Positions 1-8,622 of a stretch of DNA of 64,000 nt are shown here, piece after piece; positions within the stretch are counted from its first letter, which is position 1; each line of letters begins with the position of its first letter. Both the position numbers and the translations under genes were made by a program. Location of the stretch: positions 33,259 through 97,258 of the forward strand of contig JAFQFS010000156.1 of assembly GCA_017398585.1 (NCBI GenBank), read 5' to 3'. The notes under the pieces were generated by a model, which had not been told where the DNA came from, ran no database searches, and was given only the letters and a program-made list of their open reading frames with translations. This stretch comes from Clostridia bacterium. GTDB lineage: Bacteria; Bacillota; Clostridia; Oscillospirales; CAG-272.

Positions 1-652
1 CGGGGCAGTTCCAGTTGTGTCCGAAGGTGTCCGGGGAGAAGTCGATCCGGATGGAATCGGGGTTGATATCGAACAGCTTGCCGAGGTAACGCTTGGTATA
101 CAGAATGTGACGGGAAAGGGATTCGCCGTTCGGCATGTTCTTGTCGGTTTCGGTCCATGCGGAGGCGGAGATTTCCCAGCGTCCTTCATGGATGCGCGCC
201 TTGATTTCGTCGATCATTTCGGGCGCATACTTCTCGATGATGCGGTAGGTGGACGCCTGTGACTGCGCGAAGGTGAAGTCCGGATATTCCTTCATGAGGT
301 TAAGAATGGTGCGGAAGGTGTCGACGGTGACGGAAGCGGTTTCCTGGAAGCCCCACATCCAGTTCATGTCGATGTGAGCGTGGGAAATGCAGTACACCTT
401 GAGTGCCTTTGCGTCCTGGGAAAGATCGGCGAGGGATTCTTCCATCGCGAGGACGTCCGCTTTTACGAGCACGGAGTTTTCGTCAAGCCTGGCGATGATT
501 GCGTCAAGTGCGGCGGAGAGGCGGTCATCGTAGCGGTTTTCTTTCGTTGAGGAGAGACAGGACATGTAGGCGAGTTCAGCGTACGCACGCTGGGTCCAGT
601 AATTGACGTTGTGAACGGCCTGCAGTCTCTTGAGTCTGTCGATCAGGGTCAT
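1..652 (-). CDS. alpha-mannosidase, GH38 family, N-terminal part (rest of gene lies beyond window start)
   Basis: Not in the ORF track because it has no stop in the window. My minus-strand translation from the ATG at 650-652 reads MTLIDRLKRLQAVHNVNYW...CISHAHIDMNWMWGFQET...IHEGRWEISASAWTETDKNMPNGESL. The HxHxDxxW and GRWE motifs are typical of the GH38 N-domain. GGAGGA lies 6 nt upstream. Confidence 0.8.
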   Translation of the reverse strand, partial: MTLIDRLKRLQAVHNVNYWTQRAYAELAYMSCLSSTKENRYDDRLSAALDAIIARLDENSVLVKADVLAMEESLADLSQDAKALKVYCISHAHIDMNWMWGFQETASVTVDTFRTILNLMKEYPDFTFAQSQASTYRIIEKYAPEMIDEIKARIHEGRWEISASAWTETDKNMPNGESLSRHILYTKRYLGKLFDINPDSIRIDFSPDTFGHNWNCP

Positions 653-864
653 GGGAAATCCTCCTGTTGATTGTGATATGGGTTTCCTGAGTTTTGTGAA
701 AAATTCATAGCAGAAATTCTTCTTCTGGATCAATTATATACAGAAAAGCAAAAGAAGTCAAGGACTTTTCCGTGTGTTTTTGGCGTTCCGGAGGAATGTC
801 GGGCCACGGATACCCGTACCGCGTGAACTGCGGCAAAATGCGGAAGGAACGGGCTTGTATAACC

Positions 865-893
865 TTGACAAGCGTTTTTCGGGATGATATAAT
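865..893 (+). promoter_or_regulatory. sigma-A type promoter for the BNR-hydrolase/TIM-barrel operon
   Basis: TTGACA (865-870), 17-nt spacer, TGaTATAAT with TATAAT at 888-893, about 100 nt upstream of the ATG at 991. Confidence 0.55.
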
Positions 894-990
894 ACATGAT
901 GAAAAACAAACAAAATAATCGGTTTGGATGCGGATATTATATGGATAATACACAAAATCCGCCGGTGTTTCCATCAGGAAAGGAGTATGT

Positions 991-2769
991 ATGTACGAGC
1001 TTGAAAAACTGGAAGCTTTGCTTTCCGACAAGGACAGGGAGAGACTGAAGAAAATCTATGCGCCCACAGTGGTCTGTGTACAGCCGGACGATGCGCGGCG
1101 CGGCATGTGCGTCATGCCGGACGGTGAGATCCGGAGTTACGGAATCACGGACAAGCGCCATGTCTGGGACGGCGGGCGGTACGTGTATCTTTCCAGCCGG
1201 AACTGCGGTCTGGATTGGACGCGGATCGATCTGCCGGAAGAATACGCCACGGTCATCAATTACGGGAAAATGTATGCCGGAAAACGGGTGATGGGCGCTT
1301 CTGCACGCGTGCCCTGGTCGGGACGGTATGTATGTCTGGTCGGAATTCATGAAGGGGAAGACAAGGGTACCTGGGCGATGCTGTCCGACCTCGGCCCCGG
1401 GGATACAGAGCCGCGGATGGTGAAGATCACGGATGAGGTGTTCGGCGATATGTTCCTGCCCACCATGCTCGAAGGACGGCAGCGGATCATCACGACCGGT
1501 TCCATCAACCGGGGCGGCGAGTACGGTCCTACGGTATTTTACTCCGACGACAACGGCGAGAGCTGGCAGATCGTCCCCCTGAAATCCACGCCGAAGCACA
1601 CGGTGGTATGGCCGCACCTCGGGCAGCGCTGGCAGAACAACGGCGCGGAACCCAATCTGGTCGTGCTTCCGGAGCCGGACGGCCGGATGATGATCCTGAT
1701 GCGGACGTCGCTTGACTATTTCTATGTGTACTACTCCTCGGACGACGGGGAAAGCTGGACGGACGGCGAACCGTCGCGGTTCCACGGAACCCTGACCACG
1801 CCGTTCCTGCTTCGTCTGCGGGACGGACGGGTGATCCTGTTCTGGAACAACACAAGACCGCTCGCGGAACCGAACCATGAGCAGACCTGGCCGCCGGTGG
1901 GAAACGGTGTGAAGAACGGACAGGGCGAAGACGCGTTCACCAACCGGGACGCGAATCACGCCGCCATTACGGAAGACGGTGTAAACTGGATCGGATTCCG
2001 CGAAATGTTCCTCAACGACCGCAGAGGCGCGGCGGATTTCCGCGTGGGCGGTTCCGGGGACAACAGTGTCCATCAGTTCCAGGCGATCGAACTGCCGTAC
2101 GGAAAGATTCTGGTGGCGTTCGGACAGCATGAATTCTCCAGACGTACCGTGATTTTTGACGTAAACTGGCTGTACGAAAAGGAACATTCCGAAAATTTCC
2201 AGCTTGGACTGGATCATGTCACCACCCATCTGTTTGTAAAAAGCGTGTCCGATTGTCATCTGCCGGCGATTCCCGGTCACTGTGCGTGGAATCGTACCAA
2301 CGGTGCGCTGCTGATGCCGGATCCCACCGGAAATTTCAGAGAAGCACTGCAGATCTGCCGGGTGCGGGACAAGCGTCTGGTCAGCGAACTGCAGGGCGCG
2401 GTGTGGAACTTCCCGAAAACCTTCCGTGGGGAACTGCGGATGGAAGTGTACGTTGCCGGGGCAGGCGTGAAGGTGCGCCTGTGCGACCACTGGATGAATG
2501 CCGGCGATCCGGACGCCGGAATGTGGGCGGCATACGATTTTGTACTGGATGCGAAGATGCTGCCTGCAGGGGAATGGCGGGAGATCGTCATCCGCTTCGA
2601 CACGATCGCCGGAACGGCGGAGGTGCAGGACGCGGAACGCTTTCTTGTGACGGTGCCCATGCGGCAGGCGTCTCCGGACGGACTGTCGTATCTGCATCTG
2701 CAGACGGCGGCGGAAACGGAAGATTTTGACGGAACGTATATCCGCAGTCTGTACTGCAGAGGGGAATGA
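991..2769 (+). CDS. BNR/Asp-box repeat glycoside hydrolase, sialidase-like six-bladed propeller
   Basis: 592-aa ORF with AAAGGAG RBS. Asp-box motifs YSDDNGESWQ, YSSDDGESWT and ITEDGVNW. No signal peptide. I did not see a clear FRIP motif, so sialidase specificity is not asserted. Confidence 0.7.
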   Translation: MYELEKLEALLSDKDRERLKKIYAPTVVCVQPDDARRGMCVMPDGEIRSYGITDKRHVWDGGRYVYLSSRNCGLDWTRIDLPEEYATVINYGKMYAGKRVMGASARVPWSGRYVCLVGIHEGEDKGTWAMLSDLGPGDTEPRMVKITDEVFGDMFLPTMLEGRQRIITTGSINRGGEYGPTVFYSDDNGESWQIVPLKSTPKHTVVWPHLGQRWQNNGAEPNLVVLPEPDGRMMILMRTSLDYFYVYYSSDDGESWTDGEPSRFHGTLTTPFLLRLRDGRVILFWNNTRPLAEPNHEQTWPPVGNGVKNGQGEDAFTNRDANHAAITEDGVNWIGFREMFLNDRRGAADFRVGGSGDNSVHQFQAIELPYGKILVAFGQHEFSRRTVIFDVNWLYEKEHSENFQLGLDHVTTHLFVKSVSDCHLPAIPGHCAWNRTNGALLMPDPTGNFREALQICRVRDKRLVSELQGAVWNFPKTFRGELRMEVYVAGAGVKVRLCDHWMNAGDPDAGMWAAYDFVLDAKMLPAGEWREIVIRFDTIAGTAEVQDAERFLVTVPMRQASPDGLSYLHLQTAAETEDFDGTYIRSLYCRGE

Positions 2770-2817
2770 GACGAAGCAGCAGGCAAACGGAACTCCTATA
2801 GTTGAAAGGAACAGAAT

Positions 2818-3690
2818 ATGAAACGTAAAGTCAGCCTGGCGATCGGGCATTTTCAGAACAAATACGGAGATTACGAAGCTCTTGATATAGCAAAGCGGCT
2901 CGGTCTGGATGCCGTGGATTTTGAAACGGTCGGCGGACGGTGGGATTACCGTAATCCGAAGTCGGTCTACAGCAAAACGGACGAAGAAATTGCCGAATAT
3001 TTCACGACGCTGCGCCGCCATGCGGATGAACTGGGCATCGAAATCGGACAGACGCACGGACGGATCACCGGTTTCCGGGACGATCCGGAGGAAGACGACG
3101 CGCTGATCCGGAACGCCCGTCTCGACTGCCTTGCGGCGGGCATTCTCGGAGCGCCGCACGTCATCATTCACAGCGTCACGACGATCTATATGGGGGCAGA
3201 TGCGGATCCGAAACGGATGCACCGCCTGAACTATGATATGTTCCGGCAGATCGTCCCGTTCGCAAAACAGTATGGTGTGAAAATTGCCTCCGAAACCTTC
3301 GGCGACGCGACCGGACGCGGCTGCTGCGACTTCTTCGGGAATATCAATGAATTCCTGATTTCATACAATAAAGTATGCGGCACGGAGGATTTCGCGGACT
3401 ATATGAGTGTCTGCGTGGATACCGGACATTCCAATAAAGCCACGCGCTACAACAACAATCCTTCCTCCGCGGACGTCATCCGGATGCTCGGGAAGAACAT
3501 CACAACGCTTCATCTGAACGACAATGATACTCTGACCGACCAGCACAAGCTGCCGATGACCGGCACGCTGAACTGGAACGACATTTTCGACGCACTCGAC
3601 GAAACAGGGTACAGCGGCAATTATAATATGGAACTGAATCTGCGTCATTTGGGGAAGAATTCGCGTATGAAACCGCGGAATTTGCCGTGA
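2818..3690 (+). CDS. sugar phosphate isomerase/epimerase (xylose isomerase-like TIM barrel); C-terminus probably frameshifted
   Basis: 290-aa ORF. LHLNDND, DTGHSN and ETFGDATG stretches are typical of AP-endonuclease-2/xylose-isomerase-like barrels. The alternative frame from 3648 continues FGEEFAYETAEFAVKLMRFLLRRRYGENA to a stop at 3735-3737. Confidence 0.7.
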   Translation: MKRKVSLAIGHFQNKYGDYEALDIAKRLGLDAVDFETVGGRWDYRNPKSVYSKTDEEIAEYFTTLRRHADELGIEIGQTHGRITGFRDDPEEDDALIRNARLDCLAAGILGAPHVIIHSVTTIYMGADADPKRMHRLNYDMFRQIVPFAKQYGVKIASETFGDATGRGCCDFFGNINEFLISYNKVCGTEDFADYMSVCVDTGHSNKATRYNNNPSSADVIRMLGKNITTLHLNDNDTLTDQHKLPMTGTLNWNDIFDALDETGYSGNYNMELNLRHLGKNSRMKPRNLP

Positions 3691-3794
3691 AGCTGATGCG
3701 GTTCCTGCTGCGCCGCCGGTACGGGGAGAATGCGTGACAGACGGAACGCTGTACGGAAGTTTGTGAAGCTGCAGAATAAATCAGAAAATTGAAT

Positions 3795-3858
3795 GTGCAG
3801 GGAGATGCGGAACCCGTCAGGGAAGACGGAGGTGCTGCATCTCCCTGCACGGATTTTT
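3795..3858 (+). terminator. rho-independent terminator after the TIM-barrel gene
   Basis: 14-bp arms GTGCAGGGAGATGC (3795-3808) and GCATCTCCCTGCAC (3837-3850), then GGATTTTT. Confidence 0.6.
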
Positions 3859-3869
3859 ATGCAGCGGCG

Positions 3870-3903
3870 AAAAATCCCCGGTGTACAGTTTTATACACCG
3901 GGG
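3870..3903 (-). terminator. rho-independent terminator of glgP
   Basis: Arms CCCCGGTGTA (3876-3885) and TACACCGGGG (3894-3903). The plus-strand A-run at 3870-3874 is a T-run on the minus strand. Sits directly downstream of the glgP stop. Confidence 0.65.
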
Positions 3904-3928
3904 AAAATCCGAGAAATGTATTGCGGGA

Positions 3929-6292
3929 TTATTTGAAATCGACCTTCCAGATGTTGCTGCAATAGACCATGACCATACGGTCGGAAGAGAAGAAGTGAGA
4001 ATTTGCGATGTTACGGAGGCATTTTTTGCACCAGCGGACCTTGTCGCTGAAGTCTGCATTCATGCACAGGAAGGTGTCCAGATAGCTGGTGAAATCAGCG
4101 AGGACGAAGAAGCGGTCGGGCATGTCCCCGTGCAGCCAGCTGTCACAGAGTTCGCCGAACGTGTCATCACCGTTTTCAGTGGGCGTGATCCGGCGGACGG
4201 TTCCGTCCGTCATTGCGTTCAGTGCTTCGGCGAGACGAGGGTCGGCCTGGATCCATAAGTCGGGATCGGTCCTGGCGTGCATGGCTTCCCGGCCGAGGAC
4301 GATCTCTGCCTGCGTACCGAAGATGTAGATGTTCCGGTCACCGACCGCTCTGCGGATTTCGACATTGGCGCCGTCCAGCGTTCCGATCGTTACAGCACCA
4401 TTGATCATGAACTTCATGTTCCCGGTACCGGAAGCTTCTTTGCTTGCGGTGGAAATCTGTTCGGAGCAGTCTGCCGCTGCGTAGATCATTTCTGCCTTGG
4501 TTACGTCGAAATCTTCGATGAAAGCGACACGCATTTTGTCGTTTACTTCCGGATCGCTGTTGACAAGCACTTCGAGCGCACGGATGAATTCGAGGGTAAC
4601 TTTTGCGAGATGGTAGGAAGCCGCTGCCTTTCCGGCGAAAAGGAAAGCGGTGGGTGTAAAGGGCATGGAAGGGTTCTTCTTGAGAGTCAGGTAGAGGCTG
4701 AGGATTTTCATACAACCGAGGGTCTGACGTTTATACTCATGAATCCGCTTCACATGGACATCATACATGAAGTCAATGGGAAGGTCGATGCCGCGCTGCC
4801 GGAGTACAAACTGACGGAGCACTTCCTTGCGGGCAAGATGTGCGGAGATATATTCATTCTGGACGTCCGGCTTGTCTTCAAGCGTCTGGAGGTATGTGAT
4901 GCGTGAGAAACTGGTACGCCACTCCTTTGTGCCGCACCAGCCGTCGATTGCAGAGGAAAGCTCGGGATTGGCATGTCCGAGAAATTTTCTCTGCGAGACT
5001 CCGTTTGTGACATTTTTGAGCTTTGAAGGAAAAAACTGGCAGAAATCCCGCAGTTCCCGGATACGGAGAATATTCGTATGAAGTTCCGCAACGCCGTTGA
5101 CCGAGTAACCGGTGCAGATGGCGAGGTTGGCCATGCGGATCTTTCCGTCCCAGAGGATATCCATCGCTTCCATCTTCCGCATTGCTTCTTCGGGCAGGAA
5201 GCTGTCACGGATTTCGGCTTCAAAATGCTGATGGATCTGATGGATTTCGGAATAAACGTCTGGAAGCATCGTTTCAACAAGGGAGATCTCCCACTTTTCC
5301 AGTGCTTCATTAAGGATCGTATGGTTCGTATAGACGAAGGTTCTGGCACAGATATCGTACGCCTTTTTGTAGGGCATACGGTAGTCCTGACGGAGAACAC
5401 GCATCAGTTCGGGAATCATGAGAACCGGATGAGTGTCATTAACATGCAGAACAAAGTGCTCTGGGATCGTTTCGATCGGGAAGTCGTTTTCCTTCATACG
5501 GCGGATCATGTCTCCGACGGTTGCGGCACTAAGGAAGTATTCCTGCATCAGGCGAAGCTGCTTGCCGGTATAGTTGGAATCATCTGGGTAAAGCGTCTCG
5601 TCAATGCGGCGGAAGAAGGAAGCCGCTTCGCGTGAATCGGCGTTTACGGCATCTACCGCCCACATACGGAGGAAATTGATTGAATCCGCGCGGTCGGATG
5701 CACCGATGACCGGGATGTCATAGGGAAGAGCGGTTACGGTCACAGTCTTGCCGTGATAGCGGAAACGGATATCCACAGCGGCGTTGTCGCGGCAGATCTC
5801 AAACGGATAGGTATTGTTTGCATTGAGCCAGCGGTCGGGCGATTCAACCTGCTTGCCGCCGATAAATCCCTGACGGAAGAGACCGCAGCGGAAGCGGATC
5901 GTGGAGACGTCCAGCGGAACTTCATGGGCGGCAGCGGCTTCGAGAATGCAGGCTGCAAGACGTCCGAGACCGCCGTTGCCGAGTCTGGGCTCGTTTTCGA
6001 GATCTTCAAGCGCATTCAGGCTGAGACCGTGATCGTCCATCCAGTGGAGAAGGTCGTCGGCTTCGGGGAGGTTCATCAGGTTATTGGCAAGCGTACGTCC
6101 CGGAAGAACTTCCATGGAGACGTAAAAAACACGCTTGCGGCAGTCGGGAATTCGTTTTGCGTATTCACGCATACGCTTCTTGGCATAGAGAAAGACGCCG
6201 AGGAGGAGTTCGTCGGGACTTCTGCTGCTGAATGGGGCCGCTTCATCCATATTGAGGATTCGGCGGATTTCGGAATCGATGGAAGGATGCAT
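3929..6292 (-). CDS. glgP: glycogen/maltodextrin phosphorylase (GT35)
   Basis: 787 aa. EPRLGNGGLGRLAAC near the N-terminus and the PLP-site region EASGTGNMKFMINGAVTIGTLDGANVEI. Confidence 0.95.
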   Translation of the reverse strand: MHPSIDSEIRRILNMDEAAPFSSRSPDELLLGVFLYAKKRMREYAKRIPDCRKRVFYVSMEVLPGRTLANNLMNLPEADDLLHWMDDHGLSLNALEDLENEPRLGNGGLGRLAACILEAAAAHEVPLDVSTIRFRCGLFRQGFIGGKQVESPDRWLNANNTYPFEICRDNAAVDIRFRYHGKTVTVTALPYDIPVIGASDRADSINFLRMWAVDAVNADSREAASFFRRIDETLYPDDSNYTGKQLRLMQEYFLSAATVGDMIRRMKENDFPIETIPEHFVLHVNDTHPVLMIPELMRVLRQDYRMPYKKAYDICARTFVYTNHTILNEALEKWEISLVETMLPDVYSEIHQIHQHFEAEIRDSFLPEEAMRKMEAMDILWDGKIRMANLAICTGYSVNGVAELHTNILRIRELRDFCQFFPSKLKNVTNGVSQRKFLGHANPELSSAIDGWCGTKEWRTSFSRITYLQTLEDKPDVQNEYISAHLARKEVLRQFVLRQRGIDLPIDFMYDVHVKRIHEYKRQTLGCMKILSLYLTLKKNPSMPFTPTAFLFAGKAAASYHLAKVTLEFIRALEVLVNSDPEVNDKMRVAFIEDFDVTKAEMIYAAADCSEQISTASKEASGTGNMKFMINGAVTIGTLDGANVEIRRAVGDRNIYIFGTQAEIVLGREAMHARTDPDLWIQADPRLAEALNAMTDGTVRRITPTENGDDTFGELCDSWLHGDMPDRFFVLADFTSYLDTFLCMNADFSDKVRWCKKCLRNIANSHFFSSDRMVMVYCSNIWKVDFK

Positions 6293-6595
6293 AGCAGTTA
6301 CCTCGTTCGTTTTATGTTCGGAAGCAGTATGTATTCTGCGGCTGATCCGCAGAATATACGGCGGTTCCGGTGTACCTCAATTGTACCAGAGGTGTTTGGA
6401 TATAGCAAACTTTTGGCATTTGATTTTTGGAGTTTCACGGAACGCTGCAGCGGAGCAGCGGACGTTTGTGTGATGCTGCGGACGATGAACGGCTCCCTGT
6501 TCCTGAACAAAAATAAAATACTGGGTAATGGACCAATTTACAGTAATATTGTACTATTTGTAGTGTAATATTACATGATTTTGGAGGATTGACTT

Positions 6596-7222
6596 ATGTC
6601 GGAATATTCACAGAAATGGAAAGACAACCGCTTGATGAAAACCAGAAAACCTTTTGACGGAACCGAGTGTTTTCTGAATACAAACATTCCTCGCAGTGAA
6701 ATATCTGTGGTAATATTTCGGGATCATTCGGACAACATTCCGTTCTTCGCACGTGTATGGACGGTCGGCAGCGGTGTAAAAGTATGGGCTGTCCGTTCGG
6801 AAAAGCTGTACCGTGTCTGTATCTGTGCGGAAGGCGGGATCAATGCTGCCGGTGCCTGCGAATACCTTTTCAGCAAGTGCAGAAATCTTCGGGAAGTGCA
6901 GTTCAATTCCTGTTTCCACATTACAGACGAAAACAACGCAGCAGATCTCCCGGAAACAGACGATGCGGAAGGTCAGGACAAGTTTTCACTGAAAGGCATG
7001 TTCAGCGAATGCGAACTGCTGGAATCTCTTGATATCTCTGACTGGGATACAAGCCTCATTCAGAATATGGCCTGCATGTTCAAATATTGCACAAGTCTTT
7101 CGTCCCTTGATATCTCCCGCTGGAACACGGGGTGTGTCCGCAGCATGTCCCACATGTTTTGTGGCTGTAAGAGCCTCGAATCCATTGATATTTCCTGTTG
7201 GAACACGGTACGTTCTGCATGA
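6596..7222 (+). CDS. DUF285/BspA-like leucine-rich repeat protein, fragment 1
   Basis: Repeats of the form LESLDISDWDTSLIQNMACMFKYCTSLSSLDISRWNTGCVRSMSHMFCGCKSLESIDISCWNT. The ORF stops in the middle of a repeat. Confidence 0.6.
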   Translation: MSEYSQKWKDNRLMKTRKPFDGTECFLNTNIPRSEISVVIFRDHSDNIPFFARVWTVGSGVKVWAVRSEKLYRVCICAEGGINAAGACEYLFSKCRNLREVQFNSCFHITDENNAADLPETDDAEGQDKFSLKGMFSECELLESLDISDWDTSLIQNMACMFKYCTSLSSLDISRWNTGCVRSMSHMFCGCKSLESIDISCWNTVRSA

Positions 7223-7764
7223 ATGAGACGGAATGGCATTCCGGTTTGATTTCTGAAAACAATCTTGTATCCCTTGATGTCTCCGGCTGGGATACAAGCA
7301 ATGTTCGGAAAATGCCCTGGCTCTTCAGAGGATGCAGCTTTTCTTCCATCGATCTTTCTTCATGGGATACGGGCAAGGTCGAGGATATGACCGCTATGTT
7401 CTGGGGCTGCAAAAACCTTGTCCGGGCGGATGTCTCGCGCTGGAACACAAGCAATGTTGCAGAGATGAAAGAGCTGTTCCGGTACTGCTGCCGTCTTGTT
7501 TCGGTCGATTTGACCGGCTGGGACATAAGCAATGTCCGATCTTCCTTCGATTTCTTTTTGGGGGATACCGCTCTGAACTATGATCCCTGGACCGAACATC
7601 CCGGGAAGACTCCGATAACTTCCGGTATAGGCGCAGATTTGCCGCTACTCACTATGAGAACGATTCCGGTATGGGACTCTTGGATATGTATGGGAATGCA
7701 ATTATCCCCTGCAGACACAACTCCGTTGCTTATGAAGGTTATTGGAAGGACGGCAACCTGCTGA
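7198..7764 (+). CDS. DUF285/BspA-like leucine-rich repeat protein, fragment 2 (different frame)
   Basis: The same repeat continues: LDVSGWDTSNVRKMPWLFRGC...DLSSWDTGKVEDMTAMFWGC...DVSRWNTSNVAEMKELFRYC...DLTGWDISNV. Overlaps fragment 1 by 25 nt. Confidence 0.6.
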   Translation: MEHGTFCMNETEWHSGLISENNLVSLDVSGWDTSNVRKMPWLFRGCSFSSIDLSSWDTGKVEDMTAMFWGCKNLVRADVSRWNTSNVAEMKELFRYCCRLVSVDLTGWDISNVRSSFDFFLGDTALNYDPWTEHPGKTPITSGIGADLPLLTMRTIPVWDSWICMGMQLSPADTTPLLMKVIGRTATC

Positions 7765-8417
7765 AGATCCGGGATGTTGTTGGACAATATCGTACAACCT
7801 ATTACTATGCAGATATCGATGGAAAGGAATACCATCCATATCCCTGGTGCGGAATGGGACCGTTCCGGGACGGTCTGGCTCTTGTCTGGACATCTTCCAG
7901 GACCATTTTTGAACCTATCTCGATCCCGCCGTACTACTGTCCGATTCAATATAATCCGGATCTTCCCTACGGAGAATTGGAAGACGATCGTTCGGATACC
8001 CCGTCGGTAACCAAGTACGGTTACATAAATTGCGAGGGAGAACTGGTCATTCCGTGTGAATTTGATTCTGCAGGAAACTTCTATGACGGATATGCCCGTG
8101 TGGAAAAGGACGGGAAGGAGGGATACATTGACACATCCGGACGGATCCTTTATCCCGGGCAGCCGAATCCGGAGATCGGTGCGGATTTTTTCAGAAAGCC
8201 CGTAAGAATCTATGAAAACGGATATTTCGGCTTCCTCGGTACAGACGGAAGAAAACTGACGGAATCCAAATGGAAAAAGGCCAACGAGTTTTCTGAAGGT
8301 TATGCAGCCGTCAAGGACAGGAATACAGACAAATGGGGGATCCTCAATTCGGAAGGCAATCTGAGTTGTCCGTACCGTTGGGAATGGATCGGGGATTTCC
8401 ACAGACGCGAAGAGTGA
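7671..8417 (+). CDS. WG-repeat (KWG-like) protein, possibly the 3' part of the same broken gene
   Basis: GYINCEGELVIPCEFDSAGNFYDGYARVEKDGKEGYIDTSGRIL and FGFLGTDGRKLTESKWKKANEFSEGYAAVKDRNTDKWGILNSEGN. The frame is open upstream to the TGA at about 7579-7581 and reads ...YENDSG before the first ATG. Confidence 0.6.
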   Translation: MGLLDMYGNAIIPCRHNSVAYEGYWKDGNLLKIRDVVGQYRTTYYYADIDGKEYHPYPWCGMGPFRDGLALVWTSSRTIFEPISIPPYYCPIQYNPDLPYGELEDDRSDTPSVTKYGYINCEGELVIPCEFDSAGNFYDGYARVEKDGKEGYIDTSGRILYPGQPNPEIGADFFRKPVRIYENGYFGFLGTDGRKLTESKWKKANEFSEGYAAVKDRNTDKWGILNSEGNLSCPYRWEWIGDFHRREE

Positions 8418-8442
8418 TCCGGGGCTTTGAAGCAACTGCTGG

Positions 8443-8489
8443 GAAACACCAGAGGGGAACTTTTCAAAAAAGTTCCCCTCTGGTGTTTC
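8443..8489. repeat. perfect 22-bp-arm palindrome, GGGGAAC-TTTT/AAAA-GTTCCCC family copy 1; probable terminator
   Basis: GAAACACCAGAGGGGAACTTTT (8443-8464) pairs with AAAAGTTCCCCTCTGGTGTTTC (8468-8489), 3-nt loop CAA. Related copies are at 39629, 50474 and 57914. Confidence 0.75.
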
Positions 8490-8492
8490 TGC

Positions 8493-8521
8493 TTGCTTTT
8501 CAAAAACAGGTGTGATATAAT
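8493..8521 (+). promoter_or_regulatory. sigma-A type promoter for the GH3 gene
   Basis: TTGCTT (8493-8498), 17-nt spacer, TGaTATAAT with TATAAT at 8516-8521. Confidence 0.5.
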
Positions 8522-8622
8522 GAAAAAAATCCGCAAATCGGTGCAGCAGCTTTTGAAAATAACAGTCATTTCATCGGAGCTGACGCGTATACGATTGCGA
8601 AGAAAGGAAGCAGGCATATCAA

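Noticed and set aside
705-1031. 108-aa and 65-aa minus-strand ORFs in the GH38/BNR divergent intergenic region.
   Set aside because: They overlap a consensus promoter and 5' UTR, have no RBS, and have odd composition.
937-3222. Very long antisense ORFs in the six-frame track: 937-3222(-), 21180-23579(+), 40327-42573(-), 42630-44651(-), 14083-15732(-), 16207-17748(-), 38486-39532(-), 58566-60011(+), 60603-62264(-), 62472-63983(-), 20066-21094(+).
   Set aside because: Each lies opposite a gene with clear family motifs and an RBS. Their translations are Arg/Pro/Gly/His-rich low-complexity strings, typical of shadow ORFs in GC-rich coding DNA.
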